Shown: piece by piece, positions 1 to 9,538 of the stretch
Numbering within the stretch: the stretch's first letter is position 1
How the letters are laid out: the number at the start of each line of letters is the position of its first letter
Virus record (IMG/VR): IMGVR_UViG_3300037109_000068
Span: 1 to 64,000 of that record
Strand: one strand, 5' to 3'
Origin: a virus
DNA length: 64,000 nt
Made by a program: the position numbers and the translations under genes
Notes under the pieces: generated by a model
Seen by the model: only the letters and a program-made list of their open reading frames with translations
Databases searched by the model: none
Told to the model about the DNA's origin: nothing

Positions 1-993
1 CTGAGAAACTGACTTTTTTGGCTTTTCATCTTCCTCGTCTTCTTCCTCTACAGGCTTTGCATTTCGAGAAGGTCTTGAAACTTCTTTTTTAACAGGTTCA
101 GCTTCTCTCCTAGATGTTCTTTTTGGTTTTTCTTCTGGCTCATCTTCTTCTTCTACTTCTTCTTTTCTAGTTGGTCTTGTTCTACGAGATGTTGACTTTT
201 CTTTTGGTTCATCATCATCGTCTAATTCACCACCTTCTTTTTCAACATCTGTCTCATAAAAAGCAGCTTTTAATTCCTCGTATGAGAGAACACTTTCTTT
301 GATAATTTCATCAAGACTAGGTACTTCCTCTAAGATGGTTTCATCATAGGGGTCTCTGTCAAGAAATTCAATGTGGCGAGTTTCTGAGAATGGCTTACTA
401 TTTTCACCAATTTGTTTCCATTTAAATGTTAATTCAAGAGTTTTTCCATATTCCAAATCTGGGAAAGCTTCATTGTCATCATCTTCCTCTAATGCTTCTT
501 TTAAAGTATCATGAAACAATGATTCTGCCATATCCCAAACATAAACAGGCTCAGCCTCATGCTTTTTTGAATCAAGTGGAATAGGTATATACAAATACCG
601 TGATTTTGGATAAAGTGCAATTGCTCCATCTCTGTCTGTATCCCATAATCCTGCTTGTGCTTCACAAATCGGACATTTTTTACCTACTGATTGAAGACAA
701 ATGTAACTTTTATTCCCTGCACCGATGCTTCTGTGAAGCAAAAAAGGTCTACGATACCACTGCCCATCTTCCATTGCAACACCATAATCTTCATCTTTAT
801 CAGGGTGATTTGAATCTGTTACAACATATGGTAAAAAATCCATTTGAACTTTTTTAACCGACTCCTCAAATATTAGAAGAGAAATACCACTTGGCAATTT
901 TAAATACCCTGTTCCACTGCTAGAACCATAAACATTTTTCTTAGCGTTTCCTTTAACTTTTCCTTTGAAAAAACTTTCTTTTTTTGGCTTCAT
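1..993 (-). CDS. T4 gp32-like ssDNA-binding protein (partial; C-terminus runs off the left window edge)
   Basis: ATG at 993, open to position 1. Zinc-finger pattern H-x11-C-x7-C-x2-C (HRSIGAGNKSYICLQSVGKKCPICE). Long acidic/basic C-terminal tail. Sits in the replication module. Confidence 0.65.
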   Translation of the reverse strand, partial: MKPKKESFFKGKVKGNAKKNVYGSSSGTGYLKLPSGISLLIFEESVKKVQMDFLPYVVTDSNHPDKDEDYGVAMEDGQWYRRPFLLHRSIGAGNKSYICLQSVGKKCPICEAQAGLWDTDRDGAIALYPKSRYLYIPIPLDSKKHEAEPVYVWDMAESLFHDTLKEALEEDDDNEAFPDLEYGKTLELTFKWKQIGENSKPFSETRHIEFLDRDPYDETILEEVPSLDEIIKESVLSYEELKAAFYETDVEKEGGELDDDDEPKEKSTSRRTRPTRKEEVEEEDEPEEKPKRTSRREAEPVKKEVSRPSRNAKPVEEEDEEDEKPKKSVSQ

Positions 994-997
994 AATT

Positions 998-1486
998 TTA
1001 CTTTTTTATTTGACGTTGAATTTTAATATTTAATTGTTTATCTTCCACTTTTTTCTTAGTACGTTCATTACTTAAGTTTCTTGGCATTGAAGGTCCTGCA
1101 AAGTAATTCTGACCAAATAACATTACAAGATTTTCAAGTGCTTTTTTTCTATCCTGGAATGCTTTTTCTGCACCTCTAGCAACTCCAAATTCAAATTTTG
1201 CATCTAAATAATCACTATATGCATCTTTGTACTTATCTGATTGAAGAATAGCACTTGTTACGACTGCTTCCGTAATTTTAATATCTCCAAGTTTATGCTT
1301 TTCTGGATGTTCACGGACATCTTTATCTACTTCTGCTTTCGCTAAATCAAGAAACTCTTTAGCTTTATCCATTGCTCTTTCCATATTTGCAACATGTTTG
1401 CAATATTTGAAAGTCAATTCTGCTTGTCCTAACCACTCAACATCTAATGCCGAGTCGTCGATTCTGATGTCTTCTTCGTAATTCAT
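998..1486 (-). CDS. hypothetical protein, possibly a UvsY-like recombination mediator
   Basis: 162-aa helical protein immediately downstream of the gp32-like gene. N-terminal IDDSALDVEWLGQAELTFKY loosely resembles the UvsY N-terminus. Weak. Confidence 0.3.
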   Translation of the reverse strand: MNYEEDIRIDDSALDVEWLGQAELTFKYCKHVANMERAMDKAKEFLDLAKAEVDKDVREHPEKHKLGDIKITEAVVTSAILQSDKYKDAYSDYLDAKFEFGVARGAEKAFQDRKKALENLVMLFGQNYFAGPSMPRNLSNERTKKKVEDKQLNIKIQRQIKK

Positions 1487-1489
1487 AAT

Positions 1490-1894
1490 TTAAAAAGTTG
1501 TTGCATGTAATTCTGCTGGATTAATGTATGCTTTTAAACGATAGTCAATTTCTGCAGCTATTAAAGATGCTGCAATTGCAAGTTGTTCATTTCGATCAGG
1601 ATGGTGAAAAAAGATTTGTTTAATAAATGTTGGGTCAAATCCTGATGGCATATTATCTTCATTAGCTTCAATAATATATTTAGCCAATTGCAATAAATCA
1701 CCTTGAGTTCTATGCTTCTGATCCCATTCAATAGTAAATCCGTGTTTTTCGATTTGTTCCAATCGCATTTCAGATACCATTCTTACACCTAATGTATAAG
1801 GTAAAGATTTATTAATATCATTTATAAATTCAGGTCTAGAACCTTGTGGCTCAATAAAATGTCTCCACTTTTCATAAAATTCTTGTTTTGTCAT
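1490..1894 (-). CDS. hypothetical protein (possible all-alpha NTP-pyrophosphohydrolase-like)
   Basis: 134-aa ORF tightly packed in the operon. EQIEKHGF..DQKH..GDLLQLAKYI pattern only. Confidence 0.25.
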   Translation of the reverse strand: MTKQEFYEKWRHFIEPQGSRPEFINDINKSLPYTLGVRMVSEMRLEQIEKHGFTIEWDQKHRTQGDLLQLAKYIIEANEDNMPSGFDPTFIKQIFFHHPDRNEQLAIAASLIAAEIDYRLKAYINPAELHATTF

Positions 1895-1898
1895 TGTT

Positions 1899-2810
1899 TT
1901 AAGATTTAATGATAATATAACAATTTAATACTAAGTCTGCAAATCCATTATTATAAAAAGGATCAGCAAATCTTTCCATAATTAATCCTGCCTTTGGGTT
2001 ATCATCATTTAACAATACTGCTTGAAAATAACCTAATACTTGTCTGCGTATGCTTTCTGGATCTTGATCTTTCAATCCTTTTAAAATAACTGAAATTTCT
2101 TTCCACCTACCACCTTTAATCAATGAACGACATAGCTCAATGGTTTGTGATTGTTGTTCCGCAACTTGTTTTGCTGCTTCTAATCTTCTGTTTTCAGGAA
2201 TATTAAGTACCTGTTCTAATATTTGAAGAGCATTACGAGGTTGACCAAAACTATCCTGAACAATTTGAGCATAGATGTCTTTTTCTAATGTTTGTGCTTC
2301 TTCCCTAACAACCTTTCTTAATAAAGCAGTCATTTGATTATCATTTAACGGCTTTACTTGAAACTTCTGGCACCTTCCGTGAATTTCTTTGATCAGTTTT
2401 TCCGGTTGTGTTGTACATAATATAAAATATGCATGTTCGGGGGTATCTTCAAGTAATTTCAATGCTGCGTTTTGAGCATCATTTGTCCATTTATGAACCT
2501 CATCAATTATCCAAACCCTACAAGGTCCATTTATGGGTTTATATGAGACATTTCGTATTATGTCTCTTACGGTATCAATTCCACGAAAATTTGCAGAATT
2601 AATTTCACTAAGATCGCTTTCACCACATCCAAGAATATTTGCAACAATGCGACCAAGTGTAGTTTTCCCACAACCTGACAGTCCATTAAATAAAAATACA
2701 TGTGGACAGGTTTTCTTATTACTGAGCATACTTGTTAAAGAAGAAATTACATCTTCATTCCCTTTCACTTGCTCAAGTGTAGTTGGTCGATGTTTAAGGT
2801 ATAAGCTCAT
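1899..2810 (-). CDS. AAA+ clamp loader (DNA pol III gamma/tau / RFC-like)
   Basis: Walker A GLSGCGKTT, Walker B WIIDEVH, sensor-1/SRC-like HGRCQKF. Confidence 0.85.
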   Translation of the reverse strand: MSLYLKHRPTTLEQVKGNEDVISSLTSMLSNKKTCPHVFLFNGLSGCGKTTLGRIVANILGCGESDLSEINSANFRGIDTVRDIIRNVSYKPINGPCRVWIIDEVHKWTNDAQNAALKLLEDTPEHAYFILCTTQPEKLIKEIHGRCQKFQVKPLNDNQMTALLRKVVREEAQTLEKDIYAQIVQDSFGQPRNALQILEQVLNIPENRRLEAAKQVAEQQSQTIELCRSLIKGGRWKEISVILKGLKDQDPESIRRQVLGYFQAVLLNDDNPKAGLIMERFADPFYNNGFADLVLNCYIIIKS

Positions 2811-3028
2811 TCGTAAGTAACCTCCTCATTATTAATATTGTTGTTAGAAGCTGCTTTAGCTGGAGTTTTTGGAGATAAAGCCGTTGTAGTTAAACTCCAT
2901 TCTAAAGCTTTTATTTCTGCGGCTATTTGAATGTTTTTAACTTTTAGAGATTTAATGTTTTCTTTATTATTTGAAAGCATTTCATACTTCTCTTCTATAC
3001 ACTGAATTGTCTCTTGTTCTGTTTTCAT
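2807..3028 (-). CDS. hypothetical coiled-coil protein
   Basis: 73-aa ORF whose stop overlaps the downstream start. Confidence 0.4.
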   Translation of the reverse strand: MKTEQETIQCIEEKYEMLSNNKENIKSLKVKNIQIAAEIKALEWSLTTTALSPKTPAKAASNNNINNEEVTYE

Positions 3029-3040
3029 AATTTTTAATTT

Positions 3041-4516
3041 TTAAGCTGCTAGTTTATACTTTTCTTTCTTTAACCAAGGTTCATCTACTGGGCAAATTGC
3101 AATTTCAATTTCTAATGGTAAATTTATCCATTTCCATTCTTCAAGCAATTTTACCGTTGAAATTTCCACAAGTTTTTTAGCAACCATTTCAAGTTCATCT
3201 GGATGTGTATCAATAAGAATACTATCATGGATTTGCCCAATAATTCTTGAATCTAGATCATTTTCTTTAATAAATTTACTCATTTCAATAAATGACCATA
3301 ATAGGCAATGAAAGGCAGCACCTTGTACAGGATAGTTCACTACATCGTTAAACGACATTACGCCAGAACATCTAAACCCTGTATATAAATCAACATAACC
3401 ACATTTAAGATACTCCTGATAGAAATCATCTTTCCATTGTTTGTATTCAAAGTATCTTTCATTCCAGAATTTATCTTCAATGTCTTTAATATGTTTAATA
3501 AACCCTGTTGCTTCTGTAGAACTTTTCCCATTACTACTTGACCATTTAGAAATTGTTCCATATTCTTTTATCCCTTTACCTATTAAATGATCAGAAACAT
3601 AATATGGTTTAAATGGTTTACCTATTTCATTAATTATAATACCTTGCCCGTATTTCCATTTCCCTTGAGGAAGCTTTGCCCAATCAGCAATATTTGCTGC
3701 GCAGTTTTTATAATAATCTCCATAGAATTCTGGAAATATAAATCCATTTTTTGCTGCCTGTCGAAGTGTTGCTTGACCTTCAATCTTTTTATCAATTTTG
3801 TCGAGCATAAAGATCTCCTTCGCCATATCACTATGCATATCACCATGAAGAATATCATAAATCAATTTTTTATCATTGTTGTAGCAAGCCGAAATCCGTA
3901 CTTCGAGCTGTCCGTAGTCACCTTCAAGTAATTGATGTCCAGGACGTGGTATAATTGCAGTCCTGCAAATTTCCTGCATTTCTTTATCTCGAATGGGAAT
4001 ATTTTGAAAATTAACTTGAGAACTACTAGAACGAAAAGTACGAGCTAAATGAAGATTAAAGAAAGGATGCATATATTCATTTACTTGCTCACGTTCAAAA
4101 CCACTAAGTACATCAAGTGACTTTTTTACTTTCTTATGTTCTTCATAAAAGGACAATTCAGGAAGATTTAATTTCTGTAAAGCTTCTTCATCTGTTGATC
4201 CTTTTTTATTAATACCTTTCTTTCCACCTGACGTAAATTTTAAAGGTTTTATCTTCTTTACATTATACAGGAAATTACCTAGTTGATCAGATGAATAAAT
4301 ATTCACTTTTGTTGATTGAGATTTTTCCCATTCTCTGTAAAAAGATGTTTCTTTAAATTGATTTTCAAGTCGTATAATTTTACGAGCAAGTGCTATATTC
4401 TTTTTTTGAATATAATCTACATCAATATGAATACCTTGCATTTCAGCATCTGCAAAAGCAAGAATGCCTTTATGCATTAGCTCGTATGCTTCATTGCAAT
4501 TTGGGTTATAAATCAT
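3041..4516 (-). CDS. family A DNA polymerase, polymerase domain only
   Basis: Motif A DYGQLEVRISA, motif B RQAAKNGFIFPEFYG, motif C IHDSILID. No exonuclease motifs in this ORF. Confidence 0.9.
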   Translation of the reverse strand: MIYNPNCNEAYELMHKGILAFADAEMQGIHIDVDYIQKKNIALARKIIRLENQFKETSFYREWEKSQSTKVNIYSSDQLGNFLYNVKKIKPLKFTSGGKKGINKKGSTDEEALQKLNLPELSFYEEHKKVKKSLDVLSGFEREQVNEYMHPFFNLHLARTFRSSSSQVNFQNIPIRDKEMQEICRTAIIPRPGHQLLEGDYGQLEVRISACYNNDKKLIYDILHGDMHSDMAKEIFMLDKIDKKIEGQATLRQAAKNGFIFPEFYGDYYKNCAANIADWAKLPQGKWKYGQGIIINEIGKPFKPYYVSDHLIGKGIKEYGTISKWSSSNGKSSTEATGFIKHIKDIEDKFWNERYFEYKQWKDDFYQEYLKCGYVDLYTGFRCSGVMSFNDVVNYPVQGAAFHCLLWSFIEMSKFIKENDLDSRIIGQIHDSILIDTHPDELEMVAKKLVEISTVKLLEEWKWINLPLEIEIAICPVDEPWLKKEKYKLAA

Positions 4517-4688
4517 TCTTATTTAGATTTGGATCAATTATAACTAAATAATCTACAGGTACTACAGCAATTATATTATGCTTTATATCAGAAATTATAG
4601 TTCCTGTTGTACCTACACTAAGTTTACAAAATCCTCTTATAAAATATTTTTCACTATTTGAAACAATTGTTATAATTTTTTCTTCCAT
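4506..4688 (-). CDS. hypothetical protein
   Basis: 60-aa ORF overlapping the polymerase start. Confidence 0.3.
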   Translation of the reverse strand: MEEKIITIVSNSEKYFIRGFCKLSVGTTGTIISDIKHNIIAVVPVDYLVIIDPNLNKNDL

Positions 4689-4699
4689 TTTAATAAATT

Positions 4700-5287
4700 T
4701 TAAGCAATTATTAAACCGATTTGGTAATTATTAAACATGTTCATGTAATCTTTTATTGTCTTATTTCCGTCAGTAGCATTATGTCCAGTATTAAGAAAAT
4801 GTTTTAATCCACCAACTCCAGCAAAATGGCTAGCAACTAGCATTGCTGTCCAGGTAATTTTAACCCCGTGAACTGTAGTTCCAATGTACTTTCGATAATC
4901 AGGAATATAACGCTTAATATAAAAACTATTCTTTTTAAGAAGCTTTACAATACATTCATTTTGTGTTTTTTCTGAACTTAAAAATTGCTTTTGAGACCCT
5001 TTATATCCAATGTCTTTTCGAGCAATAGCGGTTAATTGCCATCTACCAGAAGCTCCCGTGGTTTTATTTACTAGATGATATGGACTAACAACACCTCGCT
5101 TAGGATAAGTTTTAATATCCCCACTTTCTGGAATAGATAAAGCTGTTAGAAACTCATCAAATTCATACAAAGCTAGTTTATAACTTACAGCCTTCTGAAA
5201 TGATACTTCAAGACTGATTCTGTCAACTGGGGCACAGCACCTTAAACAAAGTAATGTTCCCAATAAGGCAATAATCAATTTTTTCAT
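4700..5287 (-). CDS. secreted/lipoprotein-like lytic transglycosylase (SLT-like)
   Basis: Signal peptide MKKLIIALLGTLLCLRCC. E-S ... GASGRWQLT resembles the SLT catalytic ES..GAxGLMQ motif. Confidence 0.45.
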   Translation of the reverse strand: MKKLIIALLGTLLCLRCCAPVDRISLEVSFQKAVSYKLALYEFDEFLTALSIPESGDIKTYPKRGVVSPYHLVNKTTGASGRWQLTAIARKDIGYKGSQKQFLSSEKTQNECIVKLLKKNSFYIKRYIPDYRKYIGTTVHGVKITWTAMLVASHFAGVGGLKHFLNTGHNATDGNKTIKDYMNMFNNYQIGLIIA

Positions 5288-5298
5288 AATTTTAAGTA

Positions 5299-5589
5299 TT
5301 AATTAGACATATGATAAATTTTTCTTTTATTTGAATTTATCATTATTGGTGTGAAATATTCACATTTAGTCTTAATATTTTTTTCAGTTAATATTTTTGC
5401 AATTGGTAAGTGAGCAGTTCCTTTAAATTCAGTAGCTAAAGAAAGATGACACCAATGCGATTCTACATTTATATAGCATCTTGCACTATGAAAAATACAA
5501 TACTCACACTTTTCTTTACTGTGTTTATATTTCCAGAGTGCTATTTCTTTTCTCTTTTTCAAAACGGTAGCATTTGATTTATTTGCCAT
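5299..5589 (-). CDS. hypothetical Cys/His-rich protein
   Basis: 96-aa ORF with CEYC..H..C..H.C pattern. Overlaps the upstream gene end by 31 nt. Confidence 0.35.
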   Translation of the reverse strand: MANKSNATVLKKRKEIALWKYKHSKEKCEYCIFHSARCYINVESHWCHLSLATEFKGTAHLPIAKILTEKNIKTKCEYFTPIMINSNKRKIYHMSN

Positions 5590-6803
5590 TCAGCTAATCT
5601 ATATTCGTTTATCGAATCAAATCCATTATATCTAAGCAATTTTTCTTTCTTTTCAGGAATAGTTAATAATTCCATTATATTGTTAATAGAATTCCCACTC
5701 TTTTCATCTTTTGCTTTTAAATATGGTGAGATTTCACTATCATAATCAACGATACCAAATACAACATAAGTTTGAAATTTCAAACTTGTAATACCTGGTC
5801 GATTATCAATTACATGAGCACAAACCATGGTATCCCAATACCATCCTTTTACTTCTACGCCTAATCTTACTTTGGTCCAAACATGTTCAAACTTCATATT
5901 TGAAGCAACTTTCTTTATTTGTTGATTCGTTATTAAATTGATAAATGGTTTTAATTCTCTTCTTGATTTAGGCATTTCAAAAACATAAACATGATCTTCA
6001 CTATCTGCTACTGAACAGCAAACAATTCTATGACCTTCTGCATGCGGTTTCAATCCTGTTGTTTCATAATCAAAAGCAATCATATAAGGTGGTGATTTTG
6101 CTTTTACTTTTCCTATAACTGTATATTCTAATTGTTTTAAATCTGTAATTATTTCAATCTCAGGTTCTTTGTATTTTGGGAATGCTTGTTTTAATTTTTC
6201 AAAGGCTTGTTTTAAATCTTGTTTCCATATAATTGCCTCAACGCCATCATCTAACCTTTCAATATAACTTGGACTAAACGTAGGACAAATCCAACAACCA
6301 AAATCTTGATCAGGAATTGCATGCCCTCTCCATTTAAAAATATTATCTAAATCTCTTTTCCATCTATGACCAATTATACTGTATAGAGCTGAATTACCTA
6401 AAAGTATAATTAACTTAGGTTTATATTTTTCAACTGCTCTTAGAACACGTTGCCGGCAGCAATCTATCTGTAGATTTGTAGGGATTGAGTCTGTTCCATC
6501 TTGTTTTACTGGTCGACAATTACAAGCATAGATATTGATACAATCCTCAAACAAATCAATACCAAATTCAGCAAACGTCCCTTTAAGAATACTTCCAGTT
6601 CTACCTTGCCATTGTTTTCCACGTGCATCATCTTTCTGACTGGGTGCTTCACCAATAGTCATAATCTCTTTTTTGAAATTACCAAAAGGTTCCATACGTG
6701 GAGTAACAATATCTTTATATAAACCACAGGATTCACAAGAAAGACGCTTGCCTTTAGTTTGTGATTTAGATTCTGTTTGTTTTTTAGTGAAAAAACCTTC
6801 CAT
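5559..6803 (-). CDS. UDG family-4-like domain fused to a DnaQ-type 3'-5' exonuclease (proofreading partner of the split PolA)
   Basis: N-terminal CESCGLY and IGEAPSQKDD (UDG4 motif A-like), TFSPSY (motif B-like, His absent). Exo I motif FDYETTGL in the C-terminal half. Confidence 0.7.
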   Translation of the reverse strand: MEGFFTKKQTESKSQTKGKRLSCESCGLYKDIVTPRMEPFGNFKKEIMTIGEAPSQKDDARGKQWQGRTGSILKGTFAEFGIDLFEDCINIYACNCRPVKQDGTDSIPTNLQIDCCRQRVLRAVEKYKPKLIILLGNSALYSIIGHRWKRDLDNIFKWRGHAIPDQDFGCWICPTFSPSYIERLDDGVEAIIWKQDLKQAFEKLKQAFPKYKEPEIEIITDLKQLEYTVIGKVKAKSPPYMIAFDYETTGLKPHAEGHRIVCCSVADSEDHVYVFEMPKSRRELKPFINLITNQQIKKVASNMKFEHVWTKVRLGVEVKGWYWDTMVCAHVIDNRPGITSLKFQTYVVFGIVDYDSEISPYLKAKDEKSGNSINNIMELLTIPEKKEKLLRYNGFDSINEYRLAEWQINQMLPF

Positions 6804-7222
6804 TATTTAATTGTATTTATAATCATAATATTAGAATCTTTAGGAACTAATTTTGTTACATTTAATGAAGTAGCTACAATCCAAAACGAATATCTTTTTA
6901 TTAATTTCAAATAAGCAGGCTCTGATTCTCCACCATCTGGCCAACTTCCTTTATATCCTGGATTATATTCACCTTCATCCCGAGTTGTTTGTCCAATAAT
7001 AATCCCTATTTCAGGTTTTTCAAGTTTATTGAATATGATTTTCCTAAAACTATGTTGATATATATTTTGATAATCTTCACCTTGTTTTATTTCAGCCTCT
7101 TTTAAAGAATCATCAACAGGAGCATACAATTTATTTTCAATTTTATTTTGAAAATAAATTGTATCATGCAAAACTTCTCCAAAACGTATTTCTATACCAA
7201 ACCATTCAGATTGCTTTTTCAT
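6803..7222 (-). CDS. hypothetical protein
   Basis: ORF trimmed to the internal Met (MKKQSEW) just after the clamp gene stop. Confidence 0.4.
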   Translation of the reverse strand: MKKQSEWFGIEIRFGEVLHDTIYFQNKIENKLYAPVDDSLKEAEIKQGEDYQNIYQHSFRKIIFNKLEKPEIGIIIGQTTRDEGEYNPGYKGSWPDGGESEPAYLKLIKRYSFWIVATSLNVTKLVPKDSNIMIINTIK

Positions 7223-7227
7223 TATGA

Positions 7228-8232
7228 TTACCCTTTCAATAATGTTACATAAACCCAATTATCTCCTTCAAAGATCAATTTGTTTTCACAAATGACACAT
7301 TCCAACGTCTCGGACAATATATCTTTAAGCAAATACGGAGTAATGCAAAAGAAAATAGGTTTACCATCATATTGAATGTTTGCTTCCTCTTCAAACCACC
7401 CACAATCAGCTTTTGATTTAACTATTATTTTGTTTTTTGAAATTTCAATTTCGATTGATTCATCTAATATGTGCTCACGTTTTGAAAATACAGAAGCACG
7501 TTCGACAATATCAAAAATAGTTTTTGGAAAGGTAATTGATTCACCTTTGCCTTCAAGAAAATTCACAGTATTTGGATATTCATCTTCAAAAGTACGACAA
7601 GATATTTCTGTACCATCAAGTGTTTTAAAATGAATCCAACCTTTACTTTCAGCAATTGAAACAGGATTTAATCGTTTTACTTCAATAGCAGAAGGTGCAG
7701 GTATTAAGAAAGTATTTACAGGCATTTCTTTACCATCAAGATCACATTTTACAATTTTAAAACTATCTGATGCTTCAATAAAACCTTCTTTATTTACATG
7801 AATACAAGTAAGAATCGGTCGACTGGTATCTGTTGCACAAGTTGGAATAACAAATGATAGATATTTAAGAAATGATTCAGGCAATTTGTACCATTTACCT
7901 ATTTTGTCGATTAAAGGTAACTTTATTTCAGCCTGAAGTGATAAACCTGCTTTTGCTTTTTTACTTTCAATTCTGAGTTCTTCACCATCAATAATGACTT
8001 CAATTTCATCTTTCTTTATTTTAGAAAGTAAAGCATACAATTCAATTGCTTTTACAGCACCTTCAATTTCTATGCATTCAATTGGGTGAGAGATAGATAT
8101 TTCATCATTGTAAGTAATTACTTTACCATCTTTAAAAGCAAAGAAAGTTGCTTGCGGAATTGATTCTTTATTTGAAAGCCCAGGTTTTACTATTTCTAGT
8201 GCTTTTAGTAATTCTTGTCTTTTTATAATCAT
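7228..8232 (-). CDS. DNA polymerase sliding clamp (DnaN/beta-like)
   Basis: 334 aa. DnaN-like N-terminus (RQELLKALEIVKPGLSNKESIPQATFFAFKDGKVITYNDEISI). Sits between polymerase and clamp-loader genes. Confidence 0.65.
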   Translation of the reverse strand: MIIKRQELLKALEIVKPGLSNKESIPQATFFAFKDGKVITYNDEISISHPIECIEIEGAVKAIELYALLSKIKKDEIEVIIDGEELRIESKKAKAGLSLQAEIKLPLIDKIGKWYKLPESFLKYLSFVIPTCATDTSRPILTCIHVNKEGFIEASDSFKIVKCDLDGKEMPVNTFLIPAPSAIEVKRLNPVSIAESKGWIHFKTLDGTEISCRTFEDEYPNTVNFLEGKGESITFPKTIFDIVERASVFSKREHILDESIEIEISKNKIIVKSKADCGWFEEEANIQYDGKPIFFCITPYLLKDILSETLECVICENKLIFEGDNWVYVTLLKG

Positions 8233-8414
8233 GATTCAGGTTCAGTTAATTCTATATTACACATTTTTTTACTAGAATTATTATTAACAATTGATCTTTC
8301 CCAAGCCTTTATTTCTGCTAATGTTGCAGTTTCAGGAAAAAGTTTCTCTTGATAAATATAGTCCCACATATCTTCTGTGACTTGAATAGTCCTTTTAAAT
8401 TTAATTAAAAACAT
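8229..8414 (-). CDS. hypothetical protein
   Basis: 61-aa ORF overlapping its neighbours at both ends. Confidence 0.35.
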   Translation of the reverse strand: MFLIKFKRTIQVTEDMWDYIYQEKLFPETATLAEIKAWERSIVNNNSSKKMCNIELTEPES

Positions 8415-9406
8415 AATTTTTTCATTTTAATTAGTTTATCTAAGATATTATCACTTTTACTGCTTTTTGGAATCATTGCATATGATACTAGAATGTTTAA
8501 ATTTTCTGTTCCCAAGTTATTCTCTTGCATTTTTCTCTGTAGCGTACGAATTGATTTTATTTCATTCGATGCTAAATATAATATAATATTTGAAAATTTT
8601 GCAATAGTTTTCATTAAATAAATAGCATTCCAAGCAGCACGTAATTTAGCGCTAGTCTCAAGTTCAGTCAAAGTGAAATGGTGTTCATCTAGCAATTTTT
8701 CAATTTCTCTTTTATACCCTGGATGTTTTAGAAATGAAGAATTACTTTGAGAAATTTTATCAATATTAAAAAACCCAACAACTTCTGACCCAATATGTTT
8801 CTTTACCCCTGTACCTATTGGAATGCTATTTATATAGCAATTTTCTTTTTTCGATAAATCACTTGGAACAATTGGTAGATCAATTAATCCATATCCTCCA
8901 CCCCTCAATCGCCATGATGATGAGTCTACACTAAACCAGTCATAAGCTAAAGTAAGTTTAAGTGAAGTTACTGCAAATCCATGAAATTTTACTTTTGCTT
9001 TACCTTTAGAGTCAAGTATGTGAGGAACACAAATTTTGTCTAACCATTCTTTCCTCTGCATACTTGTTCTATCATTTGCAGGACTTATTCCAATATATGG
9101 ACCACCTTCTTTTATTAGTTTTTCAATAGCCCATTCTGGATCATCTTGGTGAAATGTATGTAGTAATTTTTCCGTAGGAAGTCCTGCTTTTAGCATCTTT
9201 TGATAATTTGCCCATCCTTCCCAAGCAGCGGTATCAGCTTGAATAGATTGTACCTTTTCATTAGGTTTTCCTGGTATTACGTCCAGTGTTGCAATAGCAT
9301 CAAGGTCTTTTGCATAGCGTTTACAGAATTCAATGTAATTATCAAGGTTTATTCTTTCACCTCGATTCCATACCGAAAATGCTCCTGAATCAAGAAATAT
9401 TCTCAT
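8405..9406 (-). CDS. dpdA: DpdA-like DNA-guanine transglycosylase (TGT superfamily)
   Basis: N-terminus MRIFLDSGAFS typical of phage DpdA. Adjacent to a complete preQ pathway. Confidence 0.7.
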   Translation of the reverse strand: MRIFLDSGAFSVWNRGERINLDNYIEFCKRYAKDLDAIATLDVIPGKPNEKVQSIQADTAAWEGWANYQKMLKAGLPTEKLLHTFHQDDPEWAIEKLIKEGGPYIGISPANDRTSMQRKEWLDKICVPHILDSKGKAKVKFHGFAVTSLKLTLAYDWFSVDSSSWRLRGGGYGLIDLPIVPSDLSKKENCYINSIPIGTGVKKHIGSEVVGFFNIDKISQSNSSFLKHPGYKREIEKLLDEHHFTLTELETSAKLRAAWNAIYLMKTIAKFSNIILYLASNEIKSIRTLQRKMQENNLGTENLNILVSYAMIPKSSKSDNILDKLIKMKKLCF

Positions 9407-9433
9407 TTTTTAATTTTTTAATGTTAAATAAAT

Positions 9434-9536
9434 TGAAGAAAACAGGATTCGAACCTGTGGATGCAAGGGTATTGATACTAGGTTATCACCCTTCCACCTC
9501 TTCCTAGTTAGCATTAAACCACTCTGCCATTTCTTC
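9434..9536 (-). tRNA. tRNA-like gene, long (type II-like), anticodon region non-canonical and unresolved
   Basis: On the minus strand: acceptor GAAGAAA/TTTCTTC, D-arm GCAGAGTGGTTTAATGC, T-arm ACAGGTTCGAATCCTGT. The central 52 nt does not fold as a standard anticodon arm plus variable arm. Confidence 0.5.
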
Positions 9537-9538
9537 AA

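Noticed and set aside
600-857. The plus-strand ORF 600-857 and similar nested shadow ORFs (2533-2820, 3358-3561, 3587-3931, 3634-3858, 6501-6722, 7376-7633, 9200-9507, 10088-10273, 11776-11982, 13318-13503, 14345-14533, 15272-15460, 18511-18699, 22158-22391, 22489-22791, 23429-23632, 24092-24310, 25865-26062)
   Set aside because: Each is nested, mostly antisense, inside a minus-strand gene with recognisable motifs or clear operon structure. AT-rich DNA readily gives such shadow ORFs.
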